DNA of 64,000 nucleotides from Candidatus Omnitrophota bacterium (GTDB lineage Bacteria > Omnitrophota > Gorgyraeia > S143-82), in contig WGBD01000001.1 in assembly GCA_015494465.1 (NCBI GenBank), positions 244,477-308,476 on the forward strand. Direction: 5' to 3'. Under the pieces are notes generated by a model. The model ran no database searches. It was not told the DNA's origin and worked only from the letters and a program-made list of their open reading frames with translations. Numbering within the stretch: the first letter of the stretch is position 1; the number at the start of each line of letters is the position of its first letter. Shown piece by piece: positions 47,931 through 56,771 of the stretch. Both the position numbers and the translations under genes were made by a program.

Positions 47931-49010
47931 TTATAACTCAGCAGGTAAGACCAGCCTAATGCTTTCTTTCCCACCCGGCAAGTGCTTTAATTTCAAGGAG
48001 ATCCCCAACTTGTGCAATATCCACCGGATAAGATTACCTTCCAGGTCCACATCCTTTTTCCATACAATGGTCAACGCATTCCTGGGATCCACATCCTCTA
48101 ACCCCAAGCCCTCCAGATCGCACCTAGCCTCACAGTAGAAGGCAACCTCTACCCCTGAGTAGTTCCCAAACATGCGGATCTCCAGCCGACCGTCCTCTGG
48201 GATGACGGAGAACAGCCGATCCAAGATCAACAACAACAACTGCTCCAACTTGAAGGCGTCGGTTATGACGCGTAAGTCCCCGCTGGAGTGCACCGTCACT
48301 CTCTCCCCCAGCCTGTCAGCGATCACCAACAGGAGGGCATGGTTGAGCACATCTGGGACGAAGACCTCCTGAAGTACGATCCTGTCGCATACCGCATCTA
48401 TCCGAGAGTAGTCCAAGAACCTGTCGTAAATACCGCGCAACTTGTCCACCTCTCTCAAGGCATCTTGGACGAGTCGCTTTAACTCCCCTTCTTGAGGGGC
48501 GAAGAACTCCATCATGTCTTGGATGTTTCTGCTGAGGTTGTGTATGGGCAGGTAAAAGGCCTTCCCTAAACTTGCAAGGTAGGCTGATTTTATCGCATTA
48601 ATCCAGGAAAGGGAGGAAAGCTCTTCTTGGACGATAGCATCCCTGAAGATAAACAGATAGCCCAACCTGTCGCCATTCTCTGCGGTTATTACCTCCGCGC
48701 TGACGACCAACGGCAGGAGAACCCCCTTGCTGGTGATGAAGTTCACCCTTCTAGGATAAACGCTCACCCCTACAGACTCTATCTCCTTTAACACCTCGTT
48801 TAAAACGCTATTTACCTTCCAAGGAAACAGATCCCGCACATTTTTCCCTTGCCAATCCGAGAGATCCAACATGATCTCCAAATTGTGGTTAACATCCAAA
48901 ACCGTCAGGCCGTTATCGCAGATCAGCAGACCTTCCGCTATTGCGTCTCTTGTCACTCGCCATAGCGTCTCTTTGTCTATCATGCTCCCCCTCTCCTCAA
49001 TATCTCCCAA
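47931..49010 (-). CDS. PAS-domain sensor with a degenerate histidine-kinase-like C-terminus
   Basis: The PAS fold covers about aa 15-125. The DHp-like segment (LPIHNLSRNIQDM) is followed by an HATPase-like region in which the N-box Asn and the G1 box are not conserved (LEQLLLLILDRLFS; GLGL retained). Confidence 0.5.
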   Translation of the reverse strand: MGDIEERGSMIDKETLWRVTRDAIAEGLLICDNGLTVLDVNHNLEIMLDLSDWQGKNVRDLFPWKVNSVLNEVLKEIESVGVSVYPRRVNFITSKGVLLPLVVSAEVITAENGDRLGYLFIFRDAIVQEELSSLSWINAIKSAYLASLGKAFYLPIHNLSRNIQDMMEFFAPQEGELKRLVQDALREVDKLRGIYDRFLDYSRIDAVCDRIVLQEVFVPDVLNHALLLVIADRLGERVTVHSSGDLRVITDAFKLEQLLLLILDRLFSVIPEDGRLEIRMFGNYSGVEVAFYCEARCDLEGLGLEDVDPRNALTIVWKKDVDLEGNLIRWILHKLGISLKLKHLPGGKESIRLVLPAEL

Positions 49011-49846
49011 AAGACCTCTGCTTTATTCATCTCCTCTTCAATCTCCCTTCGGAAATCCGAATCTTCCTCCAAGGCATCGGGAAAGAGCTCTCGGACCCTT
49101 ACCATCTCATTGTCGTCTACAAAGTTACCCGCACCGTTTTCTCCTATAGAGAACATGCGCGTTAATACATCCGCCAACCATATTACTTTGACTTCTTTGT
49201 CGTTTTCCCCCACCTCCCAGTCGTGGTGATAAGCCACGACATTCACCAAGCGTTCTGGCATCTTCCAAAATGTGAATAGTTCATAACCTATTGAAGTGTG
49301 AGGGAAGAGCCCTCGCTCCAATTCAATCTGCCAAAAAGGCCTTTCTTCCGCACGAGCATCTCTTAGTAACTCCAGGAAGCTATCCCTTTCTAGCTGATAA
49401 AAAAGTATCTTTCCCACATCGTGAAGGAGCCCGTAGATGAAGAACTCCTCCTCCTCTCGAAATCCCATCTTCCTGGCCACCACCTTGGCCGTAGATCCCA
49501 CGCCTATGCAATGAAGCCAAAACTCCTTGAGATCGAATTCTGAACTGGACTCAACGTTACCCATCAAACTGGACACTGCAAGACCCAAGATGAGGTTCTT
49601 CACCGTACTGAATCCCAACATAACGATGGCGTGGGTTACAGAAGTTATGTTTCCTCGGTACCCGTAGTAGGCAGAGTTGACCACCTTTAGCAACTTTGAG
49701 CTCATCGCCACATCCTTAGAGATCACCTCGGTGATGTCCTTCGCCGACACCTGAGGATCACGCATTGCCTTGAGCACATATTCCACAGACTCGGGTAAGG
49801 GCGGGATCTGAGAAACATCTCTGAGTCTACTTCGGATATCTGCCAT
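48980..49846 (-). CDS. HDOD domain protein
   Basis: 288 aa. IPPLPESVEYVLKAM...LLKVVNSAYYGYRGNITSVTHAIVMLGFSTVKNL is the HDOD signature. Confidence 0.75.
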   Translation of the reverse strand: MADIRSRLRDVSQIPPLPESVEYVLKAMRDPQVSAKDITEVISKDVAMSSKLLKVVNSAYYGYRGNITSVTHAIVMLGFSTVKNLILGLAVSSLMGNVESSSEFDLKEFWLHCIGVGSTAKVVARKMGFREEEEFFIYGLLHDVGKILFYQLERDSFLELLRDARAEERPFWQIELERGLFPHTSIGYELFTFWKMPERLVNVVAYHHDWEVGENDKEVKVIWLADVLTRMFSIGENGAGNFVDDNEMVRVRELFPDALEEDSDFRREIEEEMNKAEVFWEILRRGGA

Positions 49847-49847
49847 C

Positions 49848-51257
49848 TTAGTCCTCCACGATAACCTTTATGCTCTCCAACATGTACTTAGCCACCGTAT
49901 TATCCGGATCCTCTTGCAATAACCTTTCCAACAGCTGTTTGGCAAGGGCAAAATCCTCCCTGTCTATCGCCTTCATGGCCTCTTGGAATAGATCTCCCTC
50001 TCCTTGACCTTGCGCAGGGGTTGTCTTGCTCATTTCAGGCGAGGCAATGGCCTTATCTGCCTCTTTTTTGTCGCCCGCTTGTTTCTCAACAGGCCTGGTA
50101 GTGCTTATCCTGGCAACCGCCTTTCGCTGTAGGTTGGCTATCTTGTCTTTCAAGTTTCGTATGATAATGTCCCTTTCCTCGAGGCGCTTCCTCAGGTCCT
50201 CCAACATCCTTTCTCGCTCTTGGGCCTTACCCTCTGCGATCTCTAATTTAGTCCTCATGTTGTCCTTCTCCAAGCTGGCCGCCTTGATCTTGGCCTCCAT
50301 TGTGCGCATCTTGGCCTCCCTATCCTTAAGCAGGGCCTGGCAATCTTGATAGGCCTTATCTTTGTTGCTTAGTTCTACCGTCATGTCTTGTTTCAACTTG
50401 CGATAATCCTTGGAAATGGCGTCGTACTTGTTCAAGAGCTCCTTGATCCTCCTTCCCCTCTCTTCCAGTTCCTTGCTTAATACTGAGAGCCTTTCCGCCA
50501 ATCTTCTCCGCTCTAATTCTGCCGCTTTGAACTTATCTTGCAAGGAGGCGATTGTATTTTGATATTTATCCTCTAACTTCTTTTCTAGTAGGCTATAACT
50601 GTTGAGGATGCGCTTGATCTTCGCATCCTTCTCTGCTATCTGCCGTTCCTTCTCCTTGAGCTCTTTCTCCAATTCCATCAGGCTGTCTCTCAATTGCTTC
50701 TTTATCTCTTCCAATCGAGCTCTATACTCTTCTTGTTTGGAGGCCAACAGCTCCCTGTACATCTGATCCTTCTTTTCCAAATCAAACTGGGCCTTTTCCT
50801 CTATAGTCTTGACCTTGTCCTCGTACACCCTTTCCAATTCCTGAAGCCTTTCCTCGTAATACTGTCTCCAGCTCTCTTTCTCCTCTACCAGGCGCTTTTT
50901 CATCTCTACCAACTCTTTCTGGGCCTCCTTTAACTGCGCCACTAGGGTATCCTGGCTACAGGATTGGGCCTGTTCAAGCTGGTGTTCCAACTCCATCATC
51001 AGGCTGTCCAACCTAACCTTGATCCTCTGGTCGTCAGGGAACATAAACGCAGCTGAAGAAAGCAAACGAAAGGCGGTCAAAAGGTCTCCTTTTTCCCTCT
51101 CCTCCTCAGCCTCACGATAGAGCTTGTTGGCCCGATCGACCAACTCTTCCCAGACATCGTTGCCTTTCTCGGCAAGGCCTAACGAGTAAGATGGACCTAA
51201 CAACAAGATTACAACCAGAACACACCTACTCCACCTTTTCATGCTCCTCCCCTTCAA
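49848..51257 (-). CDS. secreted long coiled-coil protein with TPR-like termini
   Basis: 469 aa. A signal peptide is followed by about 330 aa of E/K/R/L heptads (predicted coiled coil). The N- and C-termini have short TPR-like helical pairs. Confidence 0.5.
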   Translation of the reverse strand: MKGRSMKRWSRCVLVVILLLGPSYSLGLAEKGNDVWEELVDRANKLYREAEEEREKGDLLTAFRLLSSAAFMFPDDQRIKVRLDSLMMELEHQLEQAQSCSQDTLVAQLKEAQKELVEMKKRLVEEKESWRQYYEERLQELERVYEDKVKTIEEKAQFDLEKKDQMYRELLASKQEEYRARLEEIKKQLRDSLMELEKELKEKERQIAEKDAKIKRILNSYSLLEKKLEDKYQNTIASLQDKFKAAELERRRLAERLSVLSKELEERGRRIKELLNKYDAISKDYRKLKQDMTVELSNKDKAYQDCQALLKDREAKMRTMEAKIKAASLEKDNMRTKLEIAEGKAQERERMLEDLRKRLEERDIIIRNLKDKIANLQRKAVARISTTRPVEKQAGDKKEADKAIASPEMSKTTPAQGQGEGDLFQEAMKAIDREDFALAKQLLERLLQEDPDNTVAKYMLESIKVIVED

Positions 51258-52479
51258 GCCTCGTCAAGAGATCTGGCGACACCAACTGCTTTATTTTATT
51301 CACTAACTCGCCTTCCATATGCCAAACCGGACCTTCCACATCTTTCTCCGGATCCGCTATCAGGACCTCCTTTACCGGATCGCACCTCCCTCCATCTGGG
51401 GTCCTCACCTTGACGCACCGGTATCCTCCCTGCTTGGTGGGTGAGGCGACTATCACCTGGGAACCATCCTTCAACCTTAGCCACTCCCCGACATAATACA
51501 TCGCTACATACCTTTCCAACAATTCCAAGCTCTTTGGGTCGAAGAGCTTACCAGAAAACGAGCGCATAGCATCCAAGACCTTATAGGGCCCGTACATCCC
51601 CCGCAAAGATTCGAAGTTCTCCGCAACCGAGACTATCTTGCTATACAGGTGCATCTGACGGGGATAACCGTAGAAGTCCTTCTCGGGTATGTCGTCCGGA
51701 TACCCGCTGTTATTGACATAGCGATGATGCTCCAGGGCAACTATGCCTACCTGAGGCCCGAATATGTCGGTTTCGTTAATGAGCATACATCCTATCCTCG
51801 AGTGCTTAAAAAAAAGCTCGCGCAAACTAGGATCTGAACCCATCCACAGCTCGTCTACCCATCCCGCATCGCTCATAAGTGCACCGGTGACGATGTGCCC
51901 AATCCTCTCTGCATTCAGCTCTCCATAGTGAAGGGCAATAATACCGGAGATAATAGCCACATTTATAGCGTGGCTCACTCTATAATTGGCATCGGTATAA
52001 ACGAACGGCATAGGGCTGACTTGGTGATAGGAATAGTTTGCCCTCACCAAATAAACTAGATCTTGTATCACCTTCCTATAACGGTGCAATGTATTGAACG
52101 GTATGTTAGAGTACCTCTGCCAGTATTCCCTGAACCTATAGTCCAGCTTTTTATTCTCTCCCTGCTCCGAGAGGTAGATGCTCAATACCACACTGCACCT
52201 GGCCAAGAAATCCTCCAACACCGCTCTGAGGGCAATCCGGGAATCCTCGTCTAATAAGAGATCGAATTCCAGATCGCACCCAGGCTCCTTTAAAAATACG
52301 AAATCCAATCCAAGGGTATTGAGCCTATCCACATGCCCCAGACCTATCTTCACCCCCTTCCCTGCGAACCGAATGCGCATGCCCCGGGCGCTGAGATAGA
52401 CTACATCCCGAGCAAGTTCTGCCTGTCCACCGTACTCCTGAAGAACCGCCTCAAGATTGCTTATAGGAACTACTCTCAT
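51226..52479 (-). CDS. HD-GYP-like domain protein (degenerate: the HD dyad is replaced by SD; the GYP motif is retained)
   Basis: 417 aa. It has EHHRYVNNSGYP (the HHExxDGSGYP-like motif), but the upstream metal-binding motif reads GALMSDAGW instead of xLLHDIGK. Confidence 0.55.
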   Translation of the reverse strand: MRVVPISNLEAVLQEYGGQAELARDVVYLSARGMRIRFAGKGVKIGLGHVDRLNTLGLDFVFLKEPGCDLEFDLLLDEDSRIALRAVLEDFLARCSVVLSIYLSEQGENKKLDYRFREYWQRYSNIPFNTLHRYRKVIQDLVYLVRANYSYHQVSPMPFVYTDANYRVSHAINVAIISGIIALHYGELNAERIGHIVTGALMSDAGWVDELWMGSDPSLRELFFKHSRIGCMLINETDIFGPQVGIVALEHHRYVNNSGYPDDIPEKDFYGYPRQMHLYSKIVSVAENFESLRGMYGPYKVLDAMRSFSGKLFDPKSLELLERYVAMYYVGEWLRLKDGSQVIVASPTKQGGYRCVKVRTPDGGRCDPVKEVLIADPEKDVEGPVWHMEGELVNKIKQLVSPDLLTRLEGEEHEKVE

Positions 52480-52786
52480 TCTTTGCCCTGTAAAGGTTTA
52501 TAAAAAGCTCCACCTTCCCGATGTGAATACCCGATTTAAGGGATATCTCCTTTGGTGAAAGCCCTTGTCTATACATCTCAACCACCTGTTTCGCCTCAGA
52601 GGTGCTCAGAAAATCTTCCTCCTCTTGTCTATCCGAAACCCCACCCGTTCTTGACAACAACGATTCCAAGCGAGTGATTGCCTCCTCAGCCCTCTTTAAC
52701 AAGGCCTCTAACCTCTTTTCCTCTTGCCTTAGAGAGGTCAACATTAAATCAAATACCTCGTAAATCTCCTTCAGTCGCCCTTCCAT
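52451..52786 (-). CDS. small coiled-coil protein with a C-terminal helix-turn-helix
   Basis: 111 aa. The C-terminus GLSPKEISLKSGIHIGKVELFINLYR is HTH-like. It lies in the fliA-adjacent operon. Confidence 0.4.
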   Translation of the reverse strand: MEGRLKEIYEVFDLMLTSLRQEEKRLEALLKRAEEAITRLESLLSRTGGVSDRQEEEDFLSTSEAKQVVEMYRQGLSPKEISLKSGIHIGKVELFINLYRAKNESSSYKQS

Positions 52787-53085
52787 TACGCCTCTTTATC
52801 CAATAACTCCCCTTCTCCTTGAGAATGGAGTTTCCGATCTTTCCCGTAAAACTTCCACTTTTTAGTGCCCCTTCTTTCCTCTCGCTTCCTGGATCTATCG
52901 TCCACTCGCAATTCGCCTCCCTGTTCCGTCTCCACTACTCGCCTCATTCGTTCTCTTCTCTGCTCCCTTATCTCCTTAGCTATGTGCTCCTGAATAACGA
53001 AGTTGTGCTCCACTTTGTTAGCCTGAACCTTCTCTACCCTCTGAACATTGAAGATCATGCCCTGAAAATCTATCGGCCTTATCAC
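52786..53085 (-). CDS. hypothetical basic protein downstream of fliA
   Basis: 99 aa, highly charged (R/E/K), with no recognisable motif. It is translationally coupled to fliA (overlapping stop/start). Confidence 0.35.
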   Translation of the reverse strand: MIRPIDFQGMIFNVQRVEKVQANKVEHNFVIQEHIAKEIREQRRERMRRVVETEQGGELRVDDRSRKREERRGTKKWKFYGKDRKLHSQGEGELLDKEA

Positions 53086-53828
53086 GACACCCCTTCCTTC
53101 TTGAGGCGCTGTCTTATAAGGAATAATGCGGAAGATATCATCTGAGAGACCCGTGACTCGCTCAAGTCAAGGACCTCTCCAACCTCCTTCATCCTCAATC
53201 CCTCGATAAAATAAAGTTCCAGGGCCTTTTGGGTCTTACGATCAAACGAGCTTAACATCTCTGTTATCCTTTCCACTATCAGCCTGCGATCCACCTCCTC
53301 AGCGATATCCTGATAGGAAGCCAGCGTGTCGGATATAGTGATGTCGTCTTTCACCGCATCACTTAGATATACGTAAGCAGACAGATGGCTCAACCTCATA
53401 AGCTCGCGCACCTCGTCAGCGGAGATACCCAAAGCGTAGGCCACCTTTTCTTCTGCCTCGGCAGTACCCGGAAGCAGATCTAATTCCTGGAACTTCTCGT
53501 ACAACTGCTTTATCTTCCGTCGCTGGGCCTTCGGTAGGACATCCTCCCTACGCAGGAAATCCAAGACCTCTCCCCTCACCCTCATGTAGGCAAAGGTCTC
53601 AAAGCGGGTACCACTGCTGGGATCGTATCTATCCACCGCCGAGATCAACCCTACTATACCGTGGGCCATCAAATCTTCCACATCGACATGCTTAGGGAGC
53701 CAGGGAACTATTCGATAAACGATCTTCTCCACCAAGGGCATGTAATAACAGATGATCTCTTCCCTGGCGGAACGATCACCGTTTGCCTTGAATCTATGCC
53801 AAAGAGCATCTAAGTCAGTTCGCTCCAT
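53082..53828 (-). CDS. fliA: flagellar sigma factor FliA/SigD (sigma-28)
   Basis: 248 aa. Sigma-70 regions 2 (YMPLVEKIVYRI, DLMAHGIVGLISAVDRYD), 3 and 4 (LDLSESRVSQM). Confidence 0.9.
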   Translation of the reverse strand: MERTDLDALWHRFKANGDRSAREEIICYYMPLVEKIVYRIVPWLPKHVDVEDLMAHGIVGLISAVDRYDPSSGTRFETFAYMRVRGEVLDFLRREDVLPKAQRRKIKQLYEKFQELDLLPGTAEAEEKVAYALGISADEVRELMRLSHLSAYVYLSDAVKDDITISDTLASYQDIAEEVDRRLIVERITEMLSSFDRKTQKALELYFIEGLRMKEVGEVLDLSESRVSQMISSALFLIRQRLKKEGVS

Positions 53829-54018
53829 TCGAACTCAGTTTCTTTATTGCCTCTGCGTAAAACGAAAGGAAGGCGGTATCCAATATACCCCCCAAGATCC
53901 AAGAGAACAAGACCACAAACCAGGTCTTGTACACCAGTCCATAGAAGCTCAACTCCCCCTTTACCGCCAAGATCGCGACGATCAATAGGCCTATGGAAGC
54001 CAGCAGAGCCTTAAACAT
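53815..54018 (-). CDS. small two-helix membrane protein (hypothetical)
   Basis: 67 aa. It fills the 190-bp ycgR-fliA gap. It has two hydrophobic helices and no good SD. Confidence 0.35.
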   Translation of the reverse strand: MFKALLASIGLLIVAILAVKGELSFYGLVYKTWFVVLFSWILGGILDTAFLSFYAEAIKKLSSNGAN

Positions 54019-54022
54019 GGTC

Positions 54023-54787
54023 TCAGATCATCAACCCGTCCACATGCTTCGGTAGCAACATGGACACATACTGATCTATGTGAACCCGATCCTCCTCCAA
54101 CACATCTACGAACAACAAACCCGTAATGTACTTGCGAGAGTATTCTTCCCAGCGGGAGTTCACCACCTCAGTGACCGCCCTTATAGGGATGCCCATGTCC
54201 GGAAGCACAAAGTCCACTCGGATCCTCGTATGCAGAGGCACCTCGTCTGGGAACAAAACCGCCATCCCCACACTACTCAGATCCCAGCCATCCACCCTTC
54301 CTCTTAATGGAAAGTTCAAGCGCTTCGTCAAGGTATGCTCAACTATCTGATACCGGACTTTGAAAAATATCCTCGCCCTAGGCTTAGTCCTGCGTTGACG
54401 CCTGTATATCACAGTGGGCTTCCTGAGCACCAGGGCTGGAACGGCTCCCTGTTCCTCTATCGCCGATACCACCTCGGTCTGAAATTCATACCTCCCCGAG
54501 GGCAACCCAACGATCGCCAGCATAACCTTGGTCCCCTTAGGCAAGAAGACCGGTACGCTCCTTTCCACCGGCGCACTCAGGACCAACTCGTCCTCCTTTA
54601 CATCCTCTATCCTGCCCTTGTAAACCGTCCTGGGGCGTCCAATCACATACATCTCGTAGCGCTGAGCCGGCTTGAAGACGAATTGCTCCCGCTTGTGAGA
54701 AAGCCTTTTCTCCTCTCTCTCCGATACATTCTCCAACGCGGAAGCTATCTTTTTCAGCAGTTCTGCCAGTTTCTTTAACAGTCTCAT
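54023..54787 (-). CDS. ycgR: YcgR-type flagellar brake protein (PilZN + PilZ domains, c-di-GMP binding)
   Basis: 254 aa. The PilZ motifs QRRTKPR (QRRxxxR) and DLSSVG (DxSxxG) are intact. There is an N-terminal YcgR-like domain. It lies between flhG and fliA. Confidence 0.75.
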   Translation of the reverse strand: MRLLKKLAELLKKIASALENVSEREEKRLSHKREQFVFKPAQRYEMYVIGRPRTVYKGRIEDVKEDELVLSAPVERSVPVFLPKGTKVMLAIVGLPSGRYEFQTEVVSAIEEQGAVPALVLRKPTVIYRRQRRTKPRARIFFKVRYQIVEHTLTKRLNFPLRGRVDGWDLSSVGMAVLFPDEVPLHTRIRVDFVLPDMGIPIRAVTEVVNSRWEEYSRKYITGLLFVDVLEEDRVHIDQYVSMLLPKHVDGLMI

Positions 54788-55629
54788 TTCCCCAACCAGG
54801 ATAAAAATCTATCCAGCCAACTCTGGGGCATCGGTTTGTCCTCAAACGACGCGATAAGATCCTGGGCTATCTTCTTTACCAGCTTTCCCGCAGGAGAAAA
54901 CGGATACTCAAGGATAAACGGTGTGCGTCTCAACACCGACATCACCACCACATCGTCCTTAACTATGTAACCCGCATAGCCTATGTGCATGTTGAGAAAC
55001 TGCCTGCTCACCATTGCAATCCTCTCGTAAATCTCGTCCGCCTCCCGTTTGTTGGTGGCCATGTTCACCAACAAACGCACATCTTGGGTGGGCGCCCTCT
55101 GGGAGATTACCTTTATCATAGCGTAGGCATCGGTTACCGCAGTGGGTTCCGGGGTGGTAACTATGATGGAGACGTCGGTAGAGAGCACGAAATTCAAGAC
55201 ATTCTTGTTAATACCAGCACTGGTATCTATGAGTATATAGTCCGCCATCTGTTGAAGAGATGCCAATTCCTCCAGGATGTAGTGCCTCTCTTTGGAATCC
55301 ACATTCGCTAACTTGGTTATCCCCGAGGCCCCAGGGACTATCTTGATTCCTCCTGGGCCCTCTACGATGATATCCTCTAGCCGTTTGTACTTTTCCAAAA
55401 CATGATAGAGATTGAACTTGGGATTTATGTTCAAAAGCACATCCACATTTGCCAATCCAAGGTCTGCATCCACTATCACGACCTCTTTACCCAATCGTTT
55501 CATGGCGATGGCGAGGTTTACTACCACGTTCGTCTTCCCCACACCCCCCTTTCCGCTGGTAATGCTTATGGAGCGGGCTGGTGCTAAGGCAGAGACCAAC
55601 TCACGCAATCTTTGTGCCTGATCCGACAT
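54784..55629 (-). CDS. flhG: flagellar number/placement regulator FlhG (MinD-like ATPase, YlxH/FleN)
   Basis: 281 aa. Deviant Walker A ITSGKGGVGKTNVVVNLA. It is downstream of flhF. Confidence 0.85.
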   Translation of the reverse strand: MSDQAQRLRELVSALAPARSISITSGKGGVGKTNVVVNLAIAMKRLGKEVVIVDADLGLANVDVLLNINPKFNLYHVLEKYKRLEDIIVEGPGGIKIVPGASGITKLANVDSKERHYILEELASLQQMADYILIDTSAGINKNVLNFVLSTDVSIIVTTPEPTAVTDAYAMIKVISQRAPTQDVRLLVNMATNKREADEIYERIAMVSRQFLNMHIGYAGYIVKDDVVVMSVLRRTPFILEYPFSPAGKLVKKIAQDLIASFEDKPMPQSWLDRFLSWLGK

Positions 55630-56770
55630 ATTCTAGAAGCGCCTCCTCCAATCGCATAGCCATACCGCGTCCGTTTAACTCTTCGATGTCATCGGGAACG
55701 GATTGCCCAATAGTGAGATAAGATATGGGTTTTTCGGTCCAATAAGGGCCGTTTAGTATTATCCCCGGGGTCAAGGTCTCGTCCATCTTGGTAAATATTA
55801 TCTTGTCAAACCTTACCTCTCTAAACTTCTCCACTACCTCCTTCAGCGTGCGTAGGCTACTGGTGGCGCTGAGCACCAGGTGCACCTCGTCCGCATTGAG
55901 GGCATTCAAGAAGGCCCTCAGCTCAGACATCTGCATCTCATTGCGTTGGCTGCGGCCAGCAGTGTCCACGAATATGATATCCCTATCCGCCAGTCTCCTT
56001 AAGGCACCGGGCACATCCTGAGGTGAGACCACCACCTCTATGGGCAGTCTCATTATCTCGGCGTAGGTCCTCAACTGATCCACCGCAGCGATCCTAAAGG
56101 TATCCACCGTCAACAGTCCCACCTTCTTTCCCCGCAAGAGGGCATACCTTGCTGCCAACTTGGCAATGGTAGTGGTCTTACCCACCCCGGTCGGCCCTAC
56201 CAACACCACCTTGTAAGCCGAGTCCGCCTTGAAGACCGGGGAGCCCTCTCCAAGGAACTTCTCTATCGTCTGGGCTAGTCCTCGAACTACCCCCCTGTCA
56301 TCCTCAAACCCTTGGAGAGAGGACACAACCTCCTCCGCGAGCTCTGGATCTACTTCCTGGTCCAGTAAAAAGTTATATACCCTGTCGTGGACACCCTCAA
56401 ACCTTCCAAACGACCTGCTCCTTTGGAGGAGTTTAGAGGTCATGTCCCGCAACTCTTCTAATTCCCGTCGGATAACCTCGAGATGTTTGGGGACTTGTAA
56501 TGTAGGATTGGCGGTATAGAAATCCATCTCCGCGTTTTGGCTATAAACCCGTAGATGCCTAGGGGTAGGTCTGGTTAGTGAGCTCCGATCCAATATTCGC
56601 ACATCTGCAGAGGCGGTTATCTCCACCAGTTCCCGTTTCCTCCAAAACCGCCAGCCATCCCGCTGATAATAGGTCCTGGTATGCAGGATAACCGCATCCT
56701 CACCCAATTCCCTGCGAATGCGGTTCAACACCTCCCGCATGCTGGTTCCCCTGAACTTCCTTATGTCCAT
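55601..56770 (-). CDS. flhF: flagellar biosynthesis GTPase FlhF
   Basis: 389 aa. SRP-type GTPase (LVGPTGVGKTTTIAKLA, DTFRIAAVDQL, DTAGRSQ). Confidence 0.85.
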   Translation of the reverse strand: MDIRKFRGTSMREVLNRIRRELGEDAVILHTRTYYQRDGWRFWRKRELVEITASADVRILDRSSLTRPTPRHLRVYSQNAEMDFYTANPTLQVPKHLEVIRRELEELRDMTSKLLQRSRSFGRFEGVHDRVYNFLLDQEVDPELAEEVVSSLQGFEDDRGVVRGLAQTIEKFLGEGSPVFKADSAYKVVLVGPTGVGKTTTIAKLAARYALLRGKKVGLLTVDTFRIAAVDQLRTYAEIMRLPIEVVVSPQDVPGALRRLADRDIIFVDTAGRSQRNEMQMSELRAFLNALNADEVHLVLSATSSLRTLKEVVEKFREVRFDKIIFTKMDETLTPGIILNGPYWTEKPISYLTIGQSVPDDIEELNGRGMAMRLEEALLEYVGSGTKIA

Positions 56771-56771
56771 A

